Source of the DNA: Octopus bimaculoides
Lineage: Eukaryota
NCBI RefSeq assembly: GCF_001194135.2
Contig: NC_068993.1
Location: forward strand, 23,052,667-23,111,284
Direction of reading: 5' to 3'
Length of the DNA stretch: 58,618 bases
Shown: piece after piece, positions 1 to 13,080 of the stretch
Layout of the letters: each line of letters opens with the position of its first letter
Numbering within the stretch: the first letter of the stretch is position 1
Notes under the pieces: model-generated
The model's database searches: none
What the model saw: only the letters and a program-made list of their open reading frames with translations
Told to the model about the DNA's origin: nothing
Made by a program: the position numbers and the translations under genes

Positions 1-1104
1 CCAAACATTAGCCGTATAAGCAATATATATATATATGCAAACACAGTAACTCACGCAACCACTTACATAACCATGCATCTGAGAAATAGATGTAAATACT
101 TGCATAACTAGAGTTAAAACAAAATATCTTCCTGTTTTAAAATATTGTAACAAATATTGTTCATTAATAATCGTATTATTTAAGAATATAACCTGAGTGG
201 GCAGAAATTAACTGAAATAAACTTTGCTTCTCTATCTCTTAGGCCTTAGTATTTGGGGGGGGGGTAATTTCCTTGTCGTTTCAATTTCTACTGGTGTGAA
301 AATGTAATAAATCATATTCGCACGTTTCTTCATTGATACAGTAATTTATTGACGAAGCCAAACTTAAAATAACAATTTATTGAGAACAGTAAACAACATT
401 TCAATCCCACTACCAACCACTGCTCGTAATGGAATTCAGAAAATTTAGTGTCTTTGTTTGCAGCATATATTGATAAATATTCAACAACATTAATGCATTT
501 AACCAATGAAGAAGTTTTCATCTTGGCAGAGAGAAAAAAAATCAATGAAAATTAGAACAAGCTTAAAAGGTAATATAGCTGAAATCTTATCTCAACATGT
601 ATAAATCATTCCACATTGGCTCTCTGTAGGTAATCGTTTCAACTGCACTTTCTTCAAATGTGCCATCTATGAAGATCACCCAGACAAAGACTTATCGTTT
701 TTCAGAAATACAGTTTCGAATAGGATTATAAATGTTATTCTTCTATTTCTAATGCAGTTAGTTTTGCATTTTGTATTTTTGTTCTATATGTTAGAAGATC
801 ATTTCAGTTCCATTCCATTTCTTAAAAGCTGTCATGCTTCCATTTTCTTTTTATCTTACATTATTTTGTTGCTAAGATTTCGCCATTAATTTATAACGAC
901 ACTCCAACAATAGAGCTTTTAACTAAATTTGTTGCTTTTTCGGAAGTTATTTTGGTATCAAGATTGGCCGTATAACAACCGATTTTTTGCAGCTTTCATG
1001 TAGTGAATTGGTGCCTCTTTAAATGTACAATAATATATATGTAGAGTGTATCACATTTCTCATGCCAGATTATTAGCATGTAATTAGTATCTGCTGTCAA
1101 TTGA

Positions 1105-1245
1105 TATAGCACTAGGCTGGTCTCACGTGTGCAAGGTCGTGAGTTTGATCCCTAGAACAAGTGAAGCATTTTTTCCTTGAACAAAGCACTTCATTTTATA
1201 TTGCTGTATTCTAGTTAACTGAAAAATAATACCAGCTGATAGTTG
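1105..1245 (+). mobile_element. Degenerate tRNA-derived SINE head
   Basis: B-box-like GGTCGTGAGTTTGATCCC followed by CCTTGAACAAAGCACTTCAT, which resembles the central conserved (CORE-like) block of SINEs. Confidence 0.45.
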
Positions 1246-1570
1246 GTGCAAATTTCTTTCTCTTCAAGTGTTTATTTGAGTTATGTGGAGAAAGAAATAG
1301 TAACAATGACTACACGCAGCTATATTGTAACCTAAAACAACGTGCAAAATTTTGGTACAGGCTACATAAGTTATACTCGCTTATGAGTGACGGCTTTATT
1401 GTATCTAGTAATATTTCATTTGTCATTCAGTTTATTATATAACATATAGAGTTTAGGAGTGGAATGTCAAATGAAATAATGTAAATTATTTTAGTATTAA
1501 CATTTCGTTCCGAATATTGTGCTGGTTATATTATTGCCTCATTTTCTTTAGTTCTGAAATGGGACAAACT

Positions 1571-2765
1571 AGAGGAAGTTACTAAGTAGTTGCACTGCCC
1601 ACTCGAAATCAAGAACAATTATAGATTTATGGCTCGTATATACATAGGGATAACACAACAATGTTATAACAATATTATAACATATCTAACTTATTGTCAC
1701 CGTTGCTAAAGTTTGTCATTGTATAAACTAGGTTTTATCACCATTTCCTCATGGTTGTGTCCTTAGTAATTTAGAATTGATCTAACACTCTGAAATATAA
1801 TTATTTTCTCATTCATCCCAAACACTATAGCAGACAAATTATCCCTATGGTCGAAGATACTCCTGTGGTGACTATTTGTGTCCTTTACTAAGGTACTAAA
1901 ACCTTATTGTGTTGAGGGTGAATTGGCAGCAAACAAATTAACCAACTAGTGGGTTCCTAACAGCTTTGTTTTATATCAGTCACCAACTAAATTCTAAGCC
2001 TTGATGATTCCTTTATCATCAATGACAAGCAGTTCAAAATTGGTGACATTCTAATAAGATCTACCATGATTGAAGCATAACTGGATTTATATCCCGTGTA
2101 TGTAAACGTGATTAAAATATTATTTGCTGTTTAGCTAATTCTGTTTGGCTTCTCCATCAAAATTATAACTTATTTTGAACCTATTCTTAAAATGTTTACC
2201 TCAAATTCAATGATGATTTTCGAACAGACAATGTGTCTGTGAAATAAAGCAAGTCGATTTGTTTTATTAAATACGACATTTTTCAACGAGTATTTAAATT
2301 ACAATGCAACAGTCATTGTTACTGGTAGTTTTATCACTTTCTAGATGTGTTCTGTGAGACCTACTTCAAACTGAGGTTGCCTAATAAGAACTTAATTTGT
2401 TCTTGTCGTCTCTCGTAGTTATGTAAATGATTAAAGTAATAGCTATCAGTAAGCTATGAATGTCTTCCCCTGATTGCATTAGTATTACTAGTTAGACTCT
2501 TGATTCTCTCAGATTTTATTTAACATACCTTCTCATCTAACTAGCTGTTGCTTAATTTAGTTAAGCTATATAGCCGTAAGTTAGCATTCTAAATTATCGT
2601 TGTGATTGTTTAACCCCAGGCTGCCCCTGACTGGACGGAAATATGATCAATGCAATCTAGGATTACATTATCTAATGCGTTCTGTATATTCAGTGTTATG
2701 TGTTTCTTATGAGAGATTTAGATGTTATTTCGAGTGGGCAGTGCTACTACTTAGTAGCTTTCTCT
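1571..2765. repeat. 39-bp inverted repeat pair (1571-1609 and 2727-2765)
   Basis: AGAGGAAGTTACTAAGTAGTTGCACTGCCCACTCGAAAT matches the reverse complement of 2727-2765 at 36/39 positions. Confidence 0.85.
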
Positions 2766-3409
2766 TTGGTTCATGTGTAATAGTGTGTTAAGTTCTGGCA
2801 GGAAAGGTTTAAAACAACAGTGTTCTTGCAATATTTTTGCTATTCTTAAGTTTCTACTGATTTTGCATTTTTAGTAGGATTCGGAGTTATACTCTGTTTC
2901 CTTACTTACAACGAAATATTTTTCAAATATTCAGTCCATATATTGTTTCTATATATGGATATTTCTTAACGATGAATGCATGATTTATAGCTGTTATCTA
3001 TTTTTTTTTTATCAAACTCCTTCCTACATGCAGTATTAATTTTAATTGATATAGATAAGGTATACCCATATCAGTTTGGTGCACCCATTAGTTTTATCAG
3101 TCCCTAACAACATGTGCAGAGTTTAAAGATTCCGTTTTCTTGTCTATCTATGAAGTGTCTTCATTTATTTCATGTAAGCACAAACACAATGCGAGAAGTA
3201 TGTGAGGAGACTTAATTATGAATCTAGCACTATCTTCAAGCCGATTAAAGTTTTATTTATTTATTTATTTATTTATATGAAAATCGCTATGACATGATAT
3301 GCTAACAAAAAATGAAAGACATGCAGTCATTGTTGCCATATATGTGGAACACAGGGATTTAAAACCTTACAGTTTTATAAATGTTGTAAGATTTTAGTGC
3401 ATGAAGTAA

Positions 3410-4300
3410 GGATAGAATTAGTAGGTACTCACGCGAGGGTTCAACTGTATGAAATAGGAATAAAATACATTCCATATCCTCGAACACCGGAAGTATACCA
3501 ACATTCATCCATCGAGTTCCAGACATTATCAATAATAATAGTAGAACATCAGTAGAATCAATCGCATAAAGAACGCCATGTGTCCGAGTAGACCATTAGA
3601 ATTCTGACGCACGAGATTATTTGAAACATGTCGCATCAACAGAAGAAATCAATTCATGTCTGCAAAGAAATTGTTGTGTCCATGCCAAATAGTTATTTAC
3701 CAGTTTTTTTTTTTAAATCCTCACGGCCATTGATGAGAAAATGTTAATGAGAAAATGTTCATTGACCAGAAAATGTTCAACTAAGTCTATAAGACGAACA
3801 AGAAAAATAACAGCTACGCGTAGACCCTTCTGTCTTCAGAGCGATGCAACTGTGAGGTAACTAATCTCGAATACCACCTCACATCTTTTTACAAGTTTTT
3901 AGAAGTAATACTGCTGGATGCGCTGCGGTGCTCGAGACAGTTGTTAAGCCCTGTATGACTGGAATATGCAGTGGAGGTCCGTGCTTGTTTCAATAAGACT
4001 CTACAACTTCTCACAAATTCAACGTAAACGAGGAATTGATGCGAGAAAATTTACGATTATATTACATTCAACTTGTGGACTCCAATATCACCAAATTAAT
4101 GTCCCAGTATCTACTACATTTGGAGAATTGTTTAAGGGGAGACTTAATTAATATTTAACAATACCATAGCTCTAATGAAGGTCACTCATATCCTGACCAT
4201 ATAGTGCAAGCATGTTAATGATTCCGGCTCGGCATTGAAGCAGTCACCATCGCTGAGGGCGGATTCATAGGAGAATTATTATGAGAAAGCTTATGGAGAA
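3410..4300 (+). mobile_element. Decayed Tc1/mariner (maT/DD37D-like) transposase
   Basis: Frameshifted motifs: RTPEV, HVSE*TIR, QFMSAK, LWTPISPN*CPSIYYIW (WPPNSPDLNPLDYYIW-like) and GIEAVTIAEGGFIG (RIEAVIEAEGGFIE-like). Confidence 0.8.
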
Positions 4301-5601
4301 TATATGAACAAATTGTTTATTAAAAACGTGTTTTTTACTAGTTTAGAGGAGTTTTCTCGGATTACCAATTATGTCCTCAACTGCTTTCCACAGCCTTATA
4401 GCCTAAGATACACATGAACTCATGCAATCATCAGTAACTCTTTTCTAAAAGACGTCTTTTGCATGAAATACTTAAGCTCACTGGTGAATATTTGATGTTT
4501 ACTAAACAGAACATTTTTTGAACCATCATATAAGTTATCTCCTCTATTGCAACCTTTTCTATTCTGCGAGTTATGAGAGAAAATTTTTTTCTTCTTTTCC
4601 TATGACATGAGCCGTTGGACAAGAGACATGTAAATCCTAGATGTTGTCATTGCAACAACCCTAATACTAACAGACATCTATTAAACATACACAAACTTAA
4701 AGATTTCGCATAATCTCACCAAACTACATAAAATGTATCTACAAAGGGACATTTTATGCTAAAATCTATAAAAGTTGTGCAAATGTTATATAGTGATAAA
4801 AAAAAAAAACTGCACAACATTATTTCAGAAGCAGTGCGTGATTAATTTCTACAATTGCAAGAAGGATTGGCTTCAAAGAATTTATTTCGAACATATATCT
4901 CTCTACCTTTCCGTGACTTGCCACATTGGAATTCCTTCTGTGAAAGTTTACAAAGTCTATACTTCCTCTCCATTTACTTAAAAGCAATTTCACTTATCCT
5001 AAAGATTTATAGAACAATGAAATGTAAATAGGATATGTTGCAACATGCATAAAAGAACGTGAGATTTCCTCCTACGTGTACACTTGTGTAGCAGAAATAT
5101 ATTCTTGTATATTGTGAGTTCACATTTCATTGGAAGCGAGATGCAATAGCTTTGAAGGATACATAATGTGCAGTCTAGTAACGATCTTCCTGTATTACAA
5201 GTATCAGAAATTGGGGTAATTCAGTCGTTACATGTTAATATGCGCTCATTATACCTTTGTGTCATCACTTTCAAAGTGATCCACTTTTAGCCAGAAAGAG
5301 GATGAGTGAAAGATGTGCGCCTGCGAGAGTGTGGTTATGTATATATTGTTTGTAGCAATATGAGATGTTTCGGCATTCATCTAGTGGCAGCGTACTCAAC
5401 TTTTATGTTACGTTATTCGTTGTGAAAGACTTGTGGTTGATCAGGGAGTCGTGTTTATTGTACCATTCTAGCCATCGAACGTGCACACTGTTGGTACATT
5501 GACGAGATTAACACTAATATTTAAGGTTNNNNNNNNNNNNNNNNNNNNNNNNNNNNNNNNNNNNNNNNNNNNNNNNNNNNNNNNNNNNNNNNNNNNNNNN
5601 N

Positions 5602-5694
<93 letters not shown>
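5602..5694. repeat. Compound microsatellite (TA)n(GA)n(GATA)n
   Basis: Read directly from the sequence; it borders an N gap. Confidence 0.95.
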
Positions 5695-5695
<1 letters not shown>

Positions 5696-5822
5696 GTTAT
5701 GAGCGGTAGTGGTGTCGATGAGACCCAGAGGTGCCAGGTAATGCTGAATAAGTGCTATGGATAGACCATGGTTAAACTCCAGGTTCGGTGGTTATGCGAA
5801 TACGGAGTCCAACTTAGGTCAC
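5695..5822 (+). repeat. Dispersed repeat starting TGTTATGAG, possible LTR fragment; second copy at 35264-35390
   Basis: GTTATGAGCGGTAGTGGTGTC...AGGTAATGCTGAATAAGTGCTATGG...GCGAAT...TAGGTC aligns by eye with 35264-35390. Confidence 0.7.
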
Positions 5823-6659
5823 ATATCACCATGTGTTTATAAAGATTTACTTTTCGTAATGAGATTAAAAAAAGCCAAGGCTGTGTAGGTTTTAGAACAA
5901 TTATAAATAGGTGTTACAGCTGTTTCCAGGATATTTATTATATCCCTTCATCGGAGACGCTGTGAGAAGATGGATAAGCAATAGTTAATTTAGATAAGAT
6001 ACGAAATAGAGAGTGAATTGGAGGAACGAAAATAGATGTGAGATATGCAGGGATATTGTATTTGTAAATCCATTATTTAGCCAGAATGGTATACATATAA
6101 GATTCCAATACCTTATGAGTAAAATCCAATAGTCTTTAAAATTGGTCATTCCGAGTATAGATTTTGTACACAGTGTTATTGAATCAAGAGTTTTATTTAA
6201 AGTGACCTAAAAGTAGGGAATGTATTAGTACAGTCAAATCGAAAGCAGGAAGTGAGGAATAAAGAAAGAGAAGAAAAAACAAGAATAAAGGGAAGAGAAA
6301 GAGAAGAAAAAGGGAGAAGAAAAAGAAAAACAATAATGGGAATAAAGAAAAGAAAGAAAAAAGGAATACAAAGACAGAGATAAGGGAAAGTGTAACATAT
6401 AGTGGTCAGTCGATATAGTTTGAAAGTAGGAATGGGGAGATAAGTGTGATAGAGAGAGAAAGGTATTAGAGTGGAGAAAGAAGGAATGGGAGGTAATGGA
6501 GAGATAGGTGTAAAACGTAAAGGAGTGTCCAATATGTGGTGATAGAGTCTAAGTGATGGGAAAGAGGGAGGGGTAGAAGTATGGAATGAAGTATTTAGGA
6601 ATATAGCTGGTTGGACAAGTCAGTGCTAGTGGTAGAAGAAAATTGATGGGAAGATGTAT

Positions 6660-6800
6660 ATATATGTATATATTAGACATGTATAGATGTATTTATTTAT
6701 ACAGATATTTATACATATCAACACCCAGATGTAAACATATGCATGTATTAGACATGTATATATGTATTTATTTATACAGATATTTATACATATCAACATC
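6660..6800 (+). repeat. Tandem duplication, about 80-bp period
   Basis: TATTAGACATGTATA..TGTATTTATTTATACAGATATTTATACATATCAACA occurs twice. Confidence 0.85.
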
Positions 6801-7471
6801 CACACATACAACTCATACTCATATGTATATGCACACATGTACACCCACATATACGTGTATTTCTATGAGCTCACTGACGTAATTTTATGAAACGCCTTGC
6901 ACAGTCTTTAAGTCGATAACATAATCCTTTTAATAACATGCAATAATAGATTCTCTGAAGGCATTGACAGAATTGTAACTCTGTGTATGAATTTAATCAA
7001 AGATAGACTAGGTTAGTGTTACAAGTTAATATATACACTGTGACACTTGAATGGTTAGGACTGGCTATTTAGTGCTTAGGAGTTTTCTAGAACATCATTC
7101 TGCAAACAGTATCGAACATTAACAATGTTAAGAATGGCCTCAAGAAAAAGAAAGGCATTAAATTATTCGACTAATTTCTCCTTCGATTGTGAAATACCTG
7201 GAATTTAATCATAGATACAATTTTTAAACCCTAATTAACTATTTGAAGAAGCTGAATAAATAGGAATATATATGTGCGTGNNNNNNNNNNNNNNNNNNNN
7301 NNNNNNNNNNNNNNNNNNNNNNNNNNNNNNNNNNNNNNNNNNNNNNNNNNNNNNNNNNNNNNNNNNNNNNNNNNNNNNNNNNNNNNNNNNNNNNNNNNNN
7401 NNNNNNNNNNNNNNNNNNNNNNNNNNNNNNNNNNNNNNNNNNNNNNNNNNNNNNNNNNNNNNNNNNNNNNN

Positions 7472-7510
<39 letters not shown>

Positions 7511-7698
7511 TGAGTGTGCGTATGACTTTTAGTGTTAATTTTGACTCTTATTTTTAGCAATCGCTGGTGCTACTTTGCATCATTTTTTTGATTAATTCCT
7601 TTTGGTTTTTAATTTCTAGCGAGCCACATTTACTATAATGTGTTTAATATAGCTTAATATATTAATATATCACCATTGTATCATTTTGTATAGATGTA

Positions 7699-8300
7699 CA
7701 GGGTGCCGAAGTAATTTGAGGACATACATTTTTGGGATCATTACTGCATTTTTTGCTAACTCTCTATAATTATTCTTTCAGAAATTAATTTTGGCAGACT
7801 CTCACCTTACGCTAGAACTGAAGTGGCATGCTGTTATTGTGGTTATATATGCTGAACGTAGCGATATAGAAATATCTGGAATTTTAAAAGTTGCCAGATC
7901 TTTCGTCTACAAAGTTTATAAGGAGCCAGAGACTGAGGTTGGCAACTTATCAGTAGTATCAAAGCAGAAAAAAAGCATTCTAAATGTTCTGAAATCATCA
8001 GAGCACCCGAATTTATCCAGTAGGGTCAACAGTCCATTGATTACAATCCCACAAAGTATATGAAATCAATTGCAATATATATACATGTTTTAGGAGAAAC
8101 AGTCAGAAATGTTGTCATTAGATATATGTCTTACATGATGAGAAATGATTAATTTGTCAGAAAAAAGAACAATCGAAAATCACTACATTAGATCTAAAAT
8201 GTTCTTAAACAGACTGAAGGCTGCAACAGATTTGATTTGGTTTTCCACAAACGAGGAAAACTTCGACCAAGATCAAAACGTTAAGAGAAATAATTTTATG
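7699..8300 (+). mobile_element. 5' half of a Tc1/mariner (maT/DD37D-like) element
   Basis: TA|CAGGGTG terminus at 7697-7705. ORF 7791-8063 (KWHAVIV..EIS..LKVARSFVYKVYKE) is HTH-like. The downstream frame has WFSTNEENFDQDQNVKRNN, resembling WFFSDEKNFDQDQ. Confidence 0.8.
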
Positions 8301-9975
8301 TTTGTGTATGTGTGTATGTATCAGAATGTTTCATAGGTGAAAAGCAGTAGTAGTATTTCTGGTAGTAGTAATATTTCTAGTCGTAGAAGTAGAAATTGCA
8401 ATAATAGTGTATTGATGGGTCAAAACAACTTTGGGTATATACGCCTCGCTTGAATCCTGTTTTTTATTTTCAGATTCGAGAAAAATTTATCGAAAATGAA
8501 TTCAGAGTGAGTATAAAACAAAGCATATCTCCACCTCACTGTTCGTGTTTCTGAATTAATTTACCTCCTTATTTCACACTCCTTGTATTTCCTGGTAGTT
8601 CTTGGAAACGTGGTGTATCTGTCATGGGCACCATGCTATCTTTTAATCTCCTTATTAAAGATTTTAAAGCTCTGATATCGATTTTGCTTTCCTTTTATAC
8701 TTACATAATTGTTTTAGGGCTCAGATATTGACCATCGTGTTTTTGTGGTATTTAGAATTATTTCCTTTCATTCGGATGCTATATAAATGCCATCTGTTAA
8801 TTTCATATAACGTGTCATTGTAAAACAGACAAAATATATGAAATACAAATAAAATTTAATATATGAACTAGTAAATTAATCTGTGAAATTGGTATAAAGA
8901 AGTAGAAACCAACAAAAACTTTCTTCCATAGCAACGAAAGGCTGCGCCACTGCCGCAAGTATTTCATTTCTCTGTGATCTACTATGCACAAGAGAGTCTG
9001 ATCGGAATCCCATCTCTCAATTCGTTTCAGTGCTGACATCAATAAAATGCATATGCTCACGCAAATACTTCAAATTGGCGCCAGACAAAAAGGAAAAAAA
9101 TAAACAATATAGGATACTAGAGGAATGACATATTTTTACAACAGCATTAATAAGATATTTTATGCAGCTGTATTTCTTCAGATGAATTTGGAAATAGAAA
9201 TAGTGATGAAAGGATTCGAGATAACACTAGTAATTACTCCAAATACGGCAAAGAATGGTTTTACTTAATACTTCAAGAATATTCCAACTTTTCTTAGATA
9301 CAAACAACACTATCACAGAAAAAAACAAAGAAACACAATTTACACATACTGGCACGCATATATTTACATGTATATATGTATATCTGTAGTAATATATATA
9401 CACAGACACAGATACGCGTACAGAGACACATATACACGTACTAACAAACATGTATATATGTATAAGTAGAGTGTAGAGCAAGATGAAGATTTTCAATTCT
9501 TAATCAAAGAGGCAATGTTTACGCATATATTTTTATCTTATTCTGTTTACCAGCACATTTATCTTTGTACATATACTTCACACACTAATACATAATACAT
9601 TTATATATATATATATATATATNNNNNNNNNNNNNNNNNNNNNNNNNNNNNNNNNNNNNNNNNNNNNNNNNNNNNNNNNNNNNNNNNNNNNNNNNNNNNN
9701 NNNNNNNNNNNNNNNNNNNNNNNNNNNNNNNNNNNNNNNNNNNNNNNNNNNNNNNNNNNNNNNNNNNNNNNNNNNNNNNNNNNNNNNNNNNNNNNNNNNN
9801 NNNNNNNNNNNNNNNNNNNNNNNNNNNNNNNNNNNNNNNNNNNNNNNNNNNNNNNNNNNNNNNNNNNNNNNNNNNNNNNNNNNNNNNNNNATGTATGTAT
9901 ATACATATATATGGACGTATTTGCGTGTATGTATGTCTCTGTGTGTGTTTGTATGTACATCAGTACGTAAATACA

Positions 9976-10157
9976 GGCGCAGGCGCCGCTGTTAGGTAAG
10001 AGGCTTGCTTCCCAACCACATGATTTTGAGTTCAGTCACACTGAGTGGAAACTTGGGCAAGTGCCTTCCTCTATAGCCTCGGCCAACCAAAGACTTGTGG
10101 GTGGATTTGGTAGACGGAAACTGAAAGAAGCCCGTCTATATATATATATATATATAT
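9976..10157 (+). mobile_element. tRNA-derived CORE-type SINE (head half) with (TA)n
   Basis: GGCGCAGG.. A-box-like start, GAGTTCAGTC B-box-like, CTTGGGCAAGTG CORE block, and ending GAAACTGAAAGAAGCCCGTC. Paralogous to 18789 and 39448. Confidence 0.85.
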
Positions 10158-10161
10158 GTCT

Positions 10162-10800
10162 GTGTCTGTGGATGACTATTACTTCCTCTTTGCTTCCCAG
10201 AAGCACTGCTGTCGCCAGCCAAGCCACGTCTATTTCTGGGGAAATTTCCTCCACCTTGACTCTGGCAGTCCTTCTTCCTAGGTGGACCAATTTGTCCGTC
10301 ATCATGGCTGTCACCGTGTGTTCCTTAGCTTTCTCCGTACTTCTAAAATGGACGTTTACAGATCCGAAATGGCTCCCTCTGGCGAGATGAGTTATATCTC
10401 GCTAAATTGGCCTCAGTGTTCTTTCAAATACTTCCGTTGCTTTCAATGTAATCTTCTTGTCAATCATTTTCTGCATTATTTCCACGGGTGGTGACAATTT
10501 AACATTGCCAACATCCCTATCCAAACTTCTCATATTCTTCAGGTTCACCGTCTTTCTACGAAATTTCGTTCCTTCCACGAATGTCTTTCTTCCCAAATAC
10601 CTGTTCATTTTCTGCACCGCTCTCATGAGCTCATCCTCCGATGATGACAACTCGTATTCGCTGATTATACAGAATTAGCCGAGGAATACCTGGCCATCTC
10701 TCACAGATAGAAAGCGCAACAACTGAACCGCCACAAAGCAGCAAAACCAATAGCAACTCCAAGCAATCAAACAGAAAATACGCACAGAGCAAAATTTCAT
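10162..10800 (-). pseudogene. LINE ORF1/gag-like relic with RRM-like segments
   Basis: ORFs 10402-10650 and 10036-10314 are in the same frame, separated by one TAG, giving about 160 codons. Contains GSVNVHFRSTEKAKEH and RRTARVKVEEISPEID, which resemble RRM-type ORF1. Confidence 0.55.
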
Positions 10801-10809
10801 GAAAATATG

Positions 10810-11462
10810 TTTCTATTGCCCACTAGGGACCAACGAAGGGGGGACATTACAGGTAGCGTCACTTACATCCTTCATTCCTTCGTTCACCGGCATGCCAATG
10901 CCTTATTTTTAGTTTTATTTTTTAGTTCAACGTATCTTATTGTTTCTGGTATCTCTCCCATATTGCAGTCAGACCTCAACATTGAATAACCACTTTTGTA
11001 TTCGTATATTACCTTCAATCTACTCTACACACCGCAGAATATTTGTGCCATGATTTTCCTTCTGAGTTCACTCGTTTTTTTCCCTTCCACTTTGCCATTT
11101 TAATTAACAAGTATGTATCAACTTCCTCAGACATTATAAATAAATAACAACTGGGAGGGGAGGTTTGTGATTTCTTGTGTGCCTGCGCTTCTTTTTCCTA
11201 TTTTTTGACGGGAGGAAATGGGTGTGTTTGGTGTCTGCAGAGTGAGGGTTGGGCAGAGAGTGTATAGATGGGATGGGTGTGGGTTGTGGTTCCTGTTCAT
11301 CTTGACATCTTTCTTTCCGCTTTCTCCGCTTCACCACCNNNNNNNNNNNNNNNNNNNNNNNNNNNTCCATCTTCTCTGCTGTTTCTTCCATCTTCTCCGG
11401 TTCCTTTTGATGTTCCTCCCGGCTTTCCACGCAATCAAGCAGGAAACACGCACAGAGCAAAA
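10810..11462 (-). mobile_element. Second, internally deleted unit related to the 10162-10800 element
   Basis: Shares a 32-bp 5' end (11431-11462 vs 10763-10794, 29/32 identical), followed by a K/E/R-rich coding-like remnant. Confidence 0.45.
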
Positions 11463-11486
11463 GTTTATACACCGCCAGATGGCTAA

Positions 11487-11585
11487 TTTGCCAAAATATT
11501 TCCGTTGGGATCGCGACCTGTTGCATGACGGAATTTTGTCAGTGAACAGGTCGCATCTTCAAAGCGACGAGAATATATTGGCAAA
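11487..11585. other. Imperfect palindrome/hairpin, about 99 bp
   Basis: TTTGCCAA.ATATT..CGT..GATCGCGACCTGTTGCATGAC / GTCAGTGAACAGGTCGCATC..ACG..AATAT.TTGGCAAA around an 8-nt loop. Confidence 0.75.
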
Positions 11586-11720
11586 GTAAATTTAAATATT
11601 GAAGTGAATCTAACGGTTTTTGTGTTTCTTAAATGGCTTATAAACACCTTCAACGCTGCAATTGTCTTTGTTTCAACCCACGATCTCAGATCAGGCCACT
11701 TGCTATGTAAGTACATCTCC

Positions 11721-11775
<55 letters not shown>

Positions 11776-11844
11776 GGCAATGACCTATTTCTGTGCACAG
11801 TTTATGACAGATCATGTATTTCTTTTGCTGGACTGACATTTCAA

Positions 11845-12120
11845 ATCTAAAAACAAACCTCCACCAACTATTCTGCCGATATATCTGTTCACACCTTTGA
11901 ATGCAGTGTTTGCCAGAAGGTTTGCAAATCTAACAGAGGCCCCAAAAGACATTTTATGATCCACACAGATCAGAATTTATCTGCAGCTCTTGATGGTCCA
12001 AATCGGATGTGCAATCTACGTGGGCGCCTCTTCAGAACATTGGTTTAAAAAGCCACATTAGATGCCATGATAGTGTAGGTAAAGGAGGTGCTCAAACTTT
12101 GCATAAGGAGTAGACAACAA

Positions 12121-12123
<3 letters not shown>
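11845..12123 (+). mobile_element. 3' end of an RTE-type LINE with C2H2-like fingers
   Basis: Translation FECSVCQKVCKSNRGPKRHFMIH and a second decayed finger, followed by a short 3' end running into (TA)n. Confidence 0.65.
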
Positions 12124-12149
<26 letters not shown>

Positions 12150-12154
<5 letters not shown>

Positions 12155-12790
12155 TTAGGGAAAAGAACCAAGGTTCATGAACTCATCGATGAAAATCCAC
12201 TGTCAAATATAGAAAAATTAATAAATAAAAGCACAATAAATGAGAAATAAGTATTCTTGTATTTTTCTATTATTCAATTGATTTGTAATGATAATTAAAT
12301 AAACGTTTTTAGTCTTAAATAGTCTAACTTTAACTATTACACCGGTTAAATATGTACTAATATTATCTTTATTATTATTTTAACCTTAAACTTCGTTCAA
12401 ATTGTATTTAAAACGATAATAATTTATGTAAGCTGTTTTTTGTATATAATATACATGTTAGCATATATTATAATGGATGTAGGGATGGTTATGGAATCTT
12501 TATTATTTTGATATTGATAATATTTTTCTATCTTTATAAAATAGGTATTTTATATAAATTCATTTGGTACTTATTGTTGGTTGATATATACATTTATTTA
12601 TTATTATTATTGTTGTATTTAGACCTGACGATTAGCTGTATTTTTGAATAGAATTTATATTCGATAATTTTAATTGATTTTAATCGATTTAAATTTCCTT
12701 TGTATTTGAAAATCAGTTATGAAACACGTCTAGTTTTATTATCTTTATCTTATGATATTTACTTTGTATTATATTATACTCATTTATTGT
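12150..12790 (+). mobile_element. Possible Penelope-like terminal-repeat remnant
   Basis: AT-rich block between (TA)n tracts that carries a hammerhead-like CTGACGA..GAAAC motif. No RT or GIY-YIG sequence seen. Confidence 0.35.
12618..12735 (+). ncRNA. Degenerate type I hammerhead ribozyme motif
   Basis: CTGACGA 12625-12631; long stem II (TAGCTG/CAGTTA plus extension); GAAAC 12721-12725; AC; GTC 12728-12730. Stem I is not in register and the stem II base is U-U. Confidence 0.4.
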
Positions 12791-13080
12791 NNNNNNNNNN
12801 NNNNNNNNNNNNNNNNNNNNNNNNNNNNNNNNNNNNNNNNNNNNNNNNNNNNNNNNNNNNNNNNNNNNNNNNNNNNNNNNNNNNNNNNNNNNNNNNNNNN
12901 NNNNNNNNNNNNNNNNNNNNNNNNNNNNNNNNNNNNNNNNNNNNNNNNNNNNNNNNNNNNNNNNNNNNNNNNNNNNNNNNNNNNNNNNNNNNNNNNNNNN
13001 NNNNNNNNNNNNNNNNNNNNNNNNNNNNNNNNNNNNNNNNNNNNNNNNNNNNNNNNATATATATATATATATATATATAT

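Noticed and set aside
12155-12205. Hammerhead-like TCGATGAG..GAACC on the minus strand
   Set aside because: C3/U4 and A15.1 are wrong and no stem I pairing is possible.
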